Positions 56,180 to 64,000 of a stretch of DNA of 64,000 nucleotides are shown piece by piece (within the stretch, counting starts at the first letter, position 1; the number at the start of each line of letters is the position of its first letter). Location of the stretch: assembly GCF_009914755.1 (NCBI RefSeq), contig NC_060928.1; one strand, given 5' to 3'. The stretch comes from the human T2T-CHM13v2.0 reference genome, Homo sapiens. The position numbers and the translations under genes are program-made. Below the pieces are notes generated by a model that saw only the letters and a program-made list of their open reading frames with translations, was not told the origin of the DNA and made no database searches.

Positions 56180-57150
56180 GCAATGTTATGTGGAGAAAAT
56201 AGTGTAAGTCTTAGAAACAGATAGCACAGAATTGAATTCCATTTCTTCATCTATTAGCTTTGTGACATTGGGAATGTTATTTACTGTCCCTAATCTCTTC
56301 CTTCTCGTATATTAAAAAAAAAAAAAAGACTCCAGATATCTACTTTGGGGAGTTTTTAAAATAATTAAGGCAGATAAAGTTTGCTAAAAACCTAACTCAG
56401 AGCCTGGACCATTGTAGTTGATCAATACACTTAACTGTTATCATTTGAATAAATGAGATATTAATACTACCTCAGTTTTAGTATTTATAATAAGACAGTA
56501 CAGTGTCAGATTCTGAAGCTGGACTGCAGTGTTCAAACCCAGGATCCTCTCCTCACCCACTGTGTGACCTTGGGAAACCTACTCACCCTTTCTGTTCCCT
56601 CATCAGTAAAATGAGAATAACAATAATAATAATACCTATCTTCTAAGTTTGCTTTGAGAATTAAATGAATTTATATAAGGCACGTGCTTTAGGTAGTGTC
56701 AATTACAGGCCGATTTCCATATAAATGTTTTCTGTTATTATTCAGTAGCTATGGCTACTTTCTTTATGATCCTGCAGATTGTCAATAGGCGAGCTGGGCT
56801 TAAGTCCCAGCTCCTTCACTTACTGAGTGACCTTTTTTAATTACTTGATAAATCTCATGAACCTGTTATGATCTGGGGAATCAACCTATTATGATTGGGG
56901 AATATTTTCTACCATCTCTGTGGCTCAGTTTCCTGATGTGTAAAATGAACATAATAAACTACCAGGGGATTTGGGATTATATTTTTATATATGTGTATAT
57001 ACATATATGCTCCATCTATGCTGTTAAGATATGTGTATCTACATATACTTGTATGTACATGTGTGTGAAGAGAAATAGATATAGATAAAGATATAGGTAT
57101 CCTAAGACAAATCCTAGAAATAGAAAGTATTCAATAAATGCTAGCTATTT
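56180..57150. mobile_element. Cluster of three MIR fragments
   Basis: TGTGAC(A/C)TTGGGAA and CTCAGTTTCCTGATGTGTAAAATG-type cores near 56260, 56560 and 56920. Confidence 0.7.
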
Positions 57151-58692
57151 TTATGGAAATATAAAGAAACAAAAATTGTATTAATATAAATATGATTAAA
57201 ATTGCTATATATATAAATTAAACCCCTCCCACAAATTAAAAGAAAAAAATGCTTTATTCATGATAATTATAACGATAAAGCAGATAATTTGCTTGGGGCA
57301 GGGCTCAGCTTCCATATTTTCCTCAATGGGACATTGTACTAGAAGTTAAAATACAGATTTATGTCTAAATAATTCCTTATGTTGAGGGGCAAATCTTGCC
57401 TCAGCCTCTTGACAGGTATCAATTAGGCGCACAGGACAAAGGATTTCTGTAGGCATAACCCAAGTTAAGTTTCAAATGATTGGAGTGCTGTCAGCTTAAC
57501 CCACCTCTGCAGGTTGTGTGGAATCCAGCTCAGTGTGGGGATTAGAAAGCCGGATTACCTGATAGCCCAGGCTCACCACAAACCCTTTTCCTCAAAGACT
57601 TCTTCCCTGGGGGTGAGAAATGCCACACACCTAAAGGAAAGAGCCATCAGCATGAGAAATGCTGGTCAGATTTCATCAGTCCTGTGAGAATCCAGAGGAC
57701 CTTTCCTAATGTCAGTGGAAACCCGGCTCCAGTGTGTAAGACATAGCTCTGGCAGCAAGGCTAGAGAGTGGAGAATAAGGAGGTGAAAATCGAACACCAA
57801 GAAGTCAGGTGCATGCTCCTTCCAGCGAGTCAGGATGCTGGAGGCCACCGCTGAGCCCAGACGCCGGCTTGAATTCAACCCGAGGATTTTAAACATTCAC
57901 ATGTAAGCACGGACAGGTTCTCCACCTGCTCTCTGTGAATCAAATGTCCATGAGCTTTTCCTTGTTTGGCGTGTTAACTTCTTGTCTGAACTGTGATTTT
58001 GGGAAATCTCAGCAGTTTCAGAATGTCTGGTAATGAGAATCTAAGAATAGAGCCACCCAGCAACCTGGAGCATCGTTACTACCTGGAGTGGAAATTATAC
58101 CTGTGCCCATTTTAAAATGTACATTCTTATCGATGCAAGTGAGTCAGGGCCAATCATGTAATTTCTTTACTTGAGCAACTGTAAAATACGTAATATTTAA
58201 TGCCCATGCCTATTGAGCCTTTTTATGTTTCACCTTGACAATATAAATTATTATAATGACATAAATATTAAAGCCGATCTAACATGTAATCATCATTGAC
58301 AAGAACACATTTCAATGACTACACATCTCAATGCATTTTATTCCTTTCAAATCTAATTGACCAGCCTGATTTTTTATCACTTGATAAATCTCATGAACCT
58401 ATTATGATCTGAAAAGCTCTCTTCAAGCATATTAAACTAAGTAGGCATTTGGGGGCTTTGATTTTTATGTAGAATTCTGTAACAATTTAAAGAAAACCAT
58501 GACCAATGATGAAAAATCCATAATAAAAAAAGATTTCAGCCTAAGAAGCTAAGAAACCATAATGATGTCCTATAGGCTGCCCTAAAAAGAAGGCCAAATG
58601 TCATTATTTTGTCTCACATCACCAGCAGGAACTCTGAACTATCAATTAGATATTAAAAGCATAACTCCCCCAAATTCAGATATGACACTAGT

Positions 58693-58947
58693 GATAGATA
58701 GTTTAGATATTGATAGATAGATAGATGAGGCATAGATGGATACATAGATAGATAGATAAGATAGATGAAATAGAGATAGATACATAGAAGAAAGAAAGAA
58801 GTAAAGGAGGAAAAATAAAGGAAAAAGAAATGAATGAAAGAAGTAGGGAGGAAGGAGAAGGAAAGAAGAAAATAGAAGGAAAGAAGGAGGGAAAGAAGAA
58901 AAAAGGAAGGAAGGAAGGAAAGAAGAAAAAAAGGAAGGAAGGAATGG
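58693..58947. repeat. (GATA)n and GA-rich low-complexity tract
   Basis: Direct observation. Confidence 0.9.
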
Positions 58948-59902
58948 GAAGAAGGGAAGGAAGACAGGAAGGAAGCAAGGAAGGAAGAGAGGAAGGAAGG
59001 AGAAGAAGGGAAGGAAGACAGGAAGGAAGCAAGGAAGGAAGAGAGGAAGGAAGGAGAAGAAGGGAAGGAAGACAGGAAGGAAGCAAGGAAGGAAGAGAGG
59101 AAGGAAGGAGAAGAAGGGAAGGAAGACAGGAAGGAAGCAAGGAAGGAAGAGAGGAAGGAAGGAGAAGAAGGGAAGGAAGACAGGAAGGAAGCAAGGAAGA
59201 AAGAGAGGAAGGAAGGAGAAGAAGGGAAGGAAGACAGGAAGGAAGCAAGGAAGGAAGAGAGGAAGGAAGGAGAAGAAGGGAAGGAAGACAGGAAGGAAGC
59301 AAGGAAGAAAGAGAGGAAGGAAGGAGAAGAAGGGAAGGAAGACAGGAAGGAAGCAAGGAAGGAAGAGAGGAAGGAAGGAGAAGAAGGGAAGGAAGACAGG
59401 AAGGAAGCAAGGAAGGAAGAGAGGAAGGAAGGAGAAGAAGGGAAGGAAGACAGGAAGGAAGCAAGGAAGAAAGAGAGGAAGGAAGGAGAAGAAGGGAAGG
59501 AAGACAGGAAGGAAGCAAGGAAGGAAGAGAGGAAGGAAGGAGAAGAAGGGAAGGAAGACAGGAAGGAAGCAAGGAAGAAAGAGAGGAAGGAAGGAGAAGA
59601 AGGGAAGGAAGACAGGAAGGAAGCAAGGAAGGAAGAGAGGAAGGAAGGAGAAGAAGGGAAGGAAGACAGGAAGGAAGCAAGGAAGGAAGAGAGGAAGGAA
59701 GGAGAAGAAGGGAAGGAAGACAGGAAGGAAGCAAGGAAGGAAGAGAGGAAGGAAGGAGAAGAAGGGAAGGAAGACAGGAAGGAAGCAAGGAAGGAAGAGA
59801 GGAAGGAAGGAGAAGAAGGGAAGGAAGACAGGAAGGAAGCAAGGAAGAAAGAGAGGAAGGAAGGAGAAGAAGGGAAGGAAGACAGGAAGGAAGCAAGGAA
59901 GG
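58948..59902. repeat. 54-bp polypurine minisatellite, about 18 near-identical copies
   Basis: Unit GAAGAAGGGAAGGAAGACAGGAAGGAAGCAAGGAAG(G/A)AAGAGAGGAAGGAAGGA; 18-aa periodicity in the ORF track. Confidence 0.96.
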
Positions 59903-61396
59903 ATAGAAAGGTGGAAGAAACAAGGCAAGAAAGAAGAAAGAGATAATAAGATTTATTGTCAAGAAGCTGAATACCAGGGAGCATCTCCAGCAGCTTCGGT
60001 TCTGAAGATCTGACCGCAGGAACAACCTTCTCCAAGGTATTGGAGCTTTCCAGTTCACCCGTGTACGTGCGTAGATGGATGAACACACAGAAGGCTTGCC
60101 CATGGGTGCCTGGGTTGTAGGAGGATTACAAACACTGAGATGGTAAAAATGGGCCCTGGATTCTCCAGATTCCTGTTAATTTATACTTCTCTGTGGTGAT
60201 TGTGGGGAACAATGAGTGGTAAGGGTGAAGGGAGACTCTCTTGACAGCCCGGTTTTCTCACAAGAAGTTCTTTGAATGAAGTTGGAAAAGTCGCTTGTGT
60301 TCAGCATCTAGGTTAACAGATGAATTCAGGGAAGGGGATAGCTGAGTGCTGGAGTCGGAATCCAGCTACCTGGAGCGGAAAGGGCACAGTCCAGTAAGTG
60401 ATCAGAAAAATAGAAGGCAGCCATGAGCAAACAGACAAGGAACAGTATTCTGTAGATGAGGTGGAAAATGCTAGATCTGGGCATTTCTGTCCATTCAGAA
60501 TGCAAGGTCTTTGCCTGGTGACCCTGCAAGGCCAAAAAGAAATATGCGGGTCCTTGGAGTGAAGCCAGCGGTTCAGGGGCCAGAGGGCTGGCAGGGCACA
60601 GGCCTGGGTTCGCTGCCAGTTTTCACATCAACACGTGCTGCCTTAGAATGATTCTGAAGGTCAGCAAACGAGAGAGGAGCATTTGCCACACAAAGTGTGA
60701 GACAGGAAGAAAAAGTTTAGGTGCAGAGGAGTCTCCTCGAATAGATGTACAAGTTAGTAAAATATTTTTCAGGATCCAGCAAGGCTTTGGGCAGTGAGCT
60801 GTATTTTGTGCAAGCCTAAATATGTTCTTAATCTTGTTTTCTGGAGAAAAGATGTGTTTTCATCTACCTTGCTCAAAGCACAACAAGTTGTGTGGCACAG
60901 TGCCCCGGAGTCTAGAAGAGGTACCCTCAAATCCATGAAAGTCTTCCTCCTGAATGAGGGCACGCCTGAGGCGCTAGAAGCAGCTCCTCCACAGAAGCCG
61001 TGGTTTAGGAGGGCTGGCTGCTTGTGTCCATTCCACCTGCCCTTGGAGCCTCCACGGAGGAATGTGGAGAGGACTCTGGGGTTGGCTGCCGAGCCCTTGC
61101 AACTCAAGATTAACACTCTTAACAAAGAGGGATGCAAATAGCTGCACTAACCTGTGGATGGTAGAAACAAATTCCAAATTCCAAAATTCTTTGGAGTTGA
61201 CTTTTTGTTTTTGTTTTCTATAGTCCTAAAAATATAACATATTTAATAAATAGAAAGAAAGTTAAAGTTATCAAATGATCATACATTGGCTCCAATTCTC
61301 CTGCACACATGAATTACTGTATTTAACTGCTGTAGGCAACGCTGATCTTTCAGCCTGTAGACGGCTGTGTCTGTACCACATGGAATCATTTCCTAG

Positions 61397-61834
<438 letters not shown>

Positions 61835-62359
61835 TAAAAGTAAGGAAAGCTGAAGACTCCAGTATGTGTGCATTCATCAAGAGAAATAAAACCCAGCTCT
61901 TTTCACCCCATCACACCCCAGCCTTTCACTCGGCATAGGGTGTCCTGACCTTCACCTCCTCACTCGACTTTACCCACGCTCACAAACACAATGCCACCCT
62001 CCACAGGTCAGGGAAAACTCTACCCAAGCTTATGAGACAAAACAAAGGCTGTGTGAAACCAGTGGCTGGTGTGTCTTTACAAGCCTGTAGGAAAGGACAG
62101 GGCTACTGACTCCACCAAAGCCACGCAGCTTGGTGAAGCATGTGCTCATTTAAAACACGACTCATCAGGTGCTTCCTCCACTCTCTTTAACTGAATTATC
62201 TTGGGGCTTCATACTGGGTTTTATATAGAAGCAGTAATTCCACGGGAGTAGGAAGAACTCTGTTTTTTAAGATTTGAAATCCAGGTTTTCTGTGTAAGGT
62301 TGAGCCAGCCTTTCAACCTCACATGTGGAGAAAGTGAGTGTCGTTTCCTGGTGGATATC

Positions 62360-62830
62360 ATTCCATTGCCTGCCCGGCATCCCTTCCTTTCCTTCTGAGG
62401 ATCAAGCATCTCACTTTTAGTCCCTGTGGTCTGGGCTCCAGTCCTGGCCAACGGGAGTTCCACATGTCCCCTGGCCACAGGAGTGGCGACGGACACGTGA
62501 CCCAGGCCCGACCCATGAGGGCCTCACCGTGCAGGTGCGCTGCAGCTCTCAGAAAATGGTGCTTCTGACTGTCCCTAACAGAGGTGTGTGCAGAGGCGGG
62601 GGTTGCCGGCCTGGAGTACTGGAGATCACACTTGTTGCCACACAGGGAGAGCATAATCGAGAGTAAAGCAGTGAAGAGAAAACCAAGGAAAGAAATACAC
62701 AGACAGAGAGACTATGTAGCTATTATTTAGCCTCTGAATTCACTTCTGCCTGAAATTAGAAACTCCCAGATTCTTGGGTAATTACATAAATTTCTATTTA
62801 TTTGAGCTGGACTTTCTTTCATTTGTAATT
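62360..62830 (+). mobile_element. Old MLT1 (J/K/L-type) LTR
   Basis: CCCCTGGCCACAG...GGACACGTGACCCAGGCC...CCATGAG; 3' part TTTGAGCTGGACTTTCTTTCATTTGTAA. Confidence 0.6.
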
Positions 62831-63179
62831 TAATTATCTTAGGGCTATTGCTAAAATTGATCTCCACCGAACAACATAATTATGAATGTAAAAGGTCTTT
62901 ATAAACTCTCCAGTGCTATGTGTGAGTGAGGGATTATTTCTCCGAGAGGCAACACTCCTCCTGCATAAAATCGTAAGCCCTACCCCAGAGGCCTGTGCCC
63001 TGCTGGTACCACAGAGTGACACAGTGGAGCCCAGCACATAAACAAGTATTTTGTTTCCTTGTTTTTTTTAAAAAAAATTATTGTGATGCAAACCGTGTTA
63101 CAAACACTGACTGACAGATTTCCATAGCTGCAAGGTTGTAACTACAGCTTCCAGGAGTGTCTTCCCACAGGTTTTTTGC

Positions 63180-63470
63180 GTGACTGACTCTTGCCAGTCT
63201 CAGCTTTCGTGTTGCTTCCTCTGAAAGTTCTCCATAGGGTCCACTGCTGAAGAATCTCTCCCTCATGCCTGCGCTGTCATCTTCCTTAGCACGTATTACT
63301 GCCTGAATTTCTGTTTATCTACTGATTTGTTTATCATCTCCACCATACAAAAGCTCCACAAAAGGAGTAGTCTGGTCTCCCATCTTCACCCTGGGGTCCG
63401 TAGTGACCAGAATCATGCCTGGCACATAGTAGATGCTTAATAACTATTTGTGAACTAAATGACTGACTTG
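63180..63470 (+). mobile_element. L2 3' end
   Basis: AAAGCTCCAC...AGAATCATGCCTGGCACATAGTAGATGCTTAATAACTATTTGTGAA. Confidence 0.75.
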
Positions 63471-63883
63471 TAGAAATGTGATTTTCTCTGTGCACAGGTA
63501 TTGCAGGGCTGAATCTGACTCTAATGATCAAGACTTGCTCCAACAGATGCCTTTGGATATGAAAAATTGCATTATTATTGCTGAGACAAATATTCAGAAC
63601 TAAAACTTTAGCACCTTTCTGATTTGTGAAAATACTCCTCTTTGGGCTCTAGTAACAGCCTTAGAAATTCAGTATCCTGAAATGTGTATCGACACCTAAA
63701 TAGCCTCCATGATAACACTTGAGGTAGTAAACTGACAGTATAGAATTTTAATTCTATAATACAATATAACAAAATATGAAATGCAACACTGCATATATTT
63801 ATGTGTATTACTGGTCATTTTAGAATACTATTATGTTGATGACACAGACACCTCCATACATAAAACCCTAAGGGACCAAGAAT

Positions 63884-64000
63884 CTAAGCATCCCTGGGGT
63901 GGAGCTAAGCATCCTGGGGGTGGAGCTAAGCAGCCTGGGGGTGGAGCTAAGCAGCCTGGAGGTGGAGCTAAGCATCCTGGAGGTGGAGCTAAGCATCCTG
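63884..64000. repeat. 21-bp G-rich minisatellite CTAAGCA(T/G)CCTGG(G/A)GGTGGAG, running off the window end
   Basis: At least 5 tandem copies visible. Confidence 0.92.

Noticed and set aside
58642-60103. Long ORFs of 358-477 aa on both strands
   Set aside because: They are stop-free only because the 54-bp purine repeat cannot encode stop codons; the translations are low-complexity.

Overview
This is primate (human or great-ape-like) nuclear DNA, fairly AT-rich, with no recognisable protein-coding gene, RNA gene, CpG island or CRISPR array. Much of it is interspersed repeat: two complete MaLR proviruses (THE1D-like at 276-3755 and MSTA-like at 49332-51757), about ten solo LTRs, a young 5'-inverted L1PA2-like insertion nested in the THE1 element, older L1 and L2 fragments, MIRs, five Alus and two Tigger-family DNA transposon relics. 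Minisatellites are unusually dense (units of 21, 25, 26, 40, ~50, 54, 68, ~80 and 89 bp), which resembles a distal or subtelomeric chromosome band. All long ORFs in the track are repeat artefacts or L1/MaLR remnants. I find no support for a new multi-gene biological system. The most interesting signals are small mutational scars (a twin-primed L1, two perfect hairpins inside one MIR, a templated insertion copied from 1.5 kb away), minisatellites that arose inside LTRs, a perfect DUX4 site in the MSTA 5' LTR, motif clusters in unique DNA, and a few speculative exon candidates. Repeat subfamily names come from my memory of consensus sequences and need RepeatMasker/Dfam confirmation.
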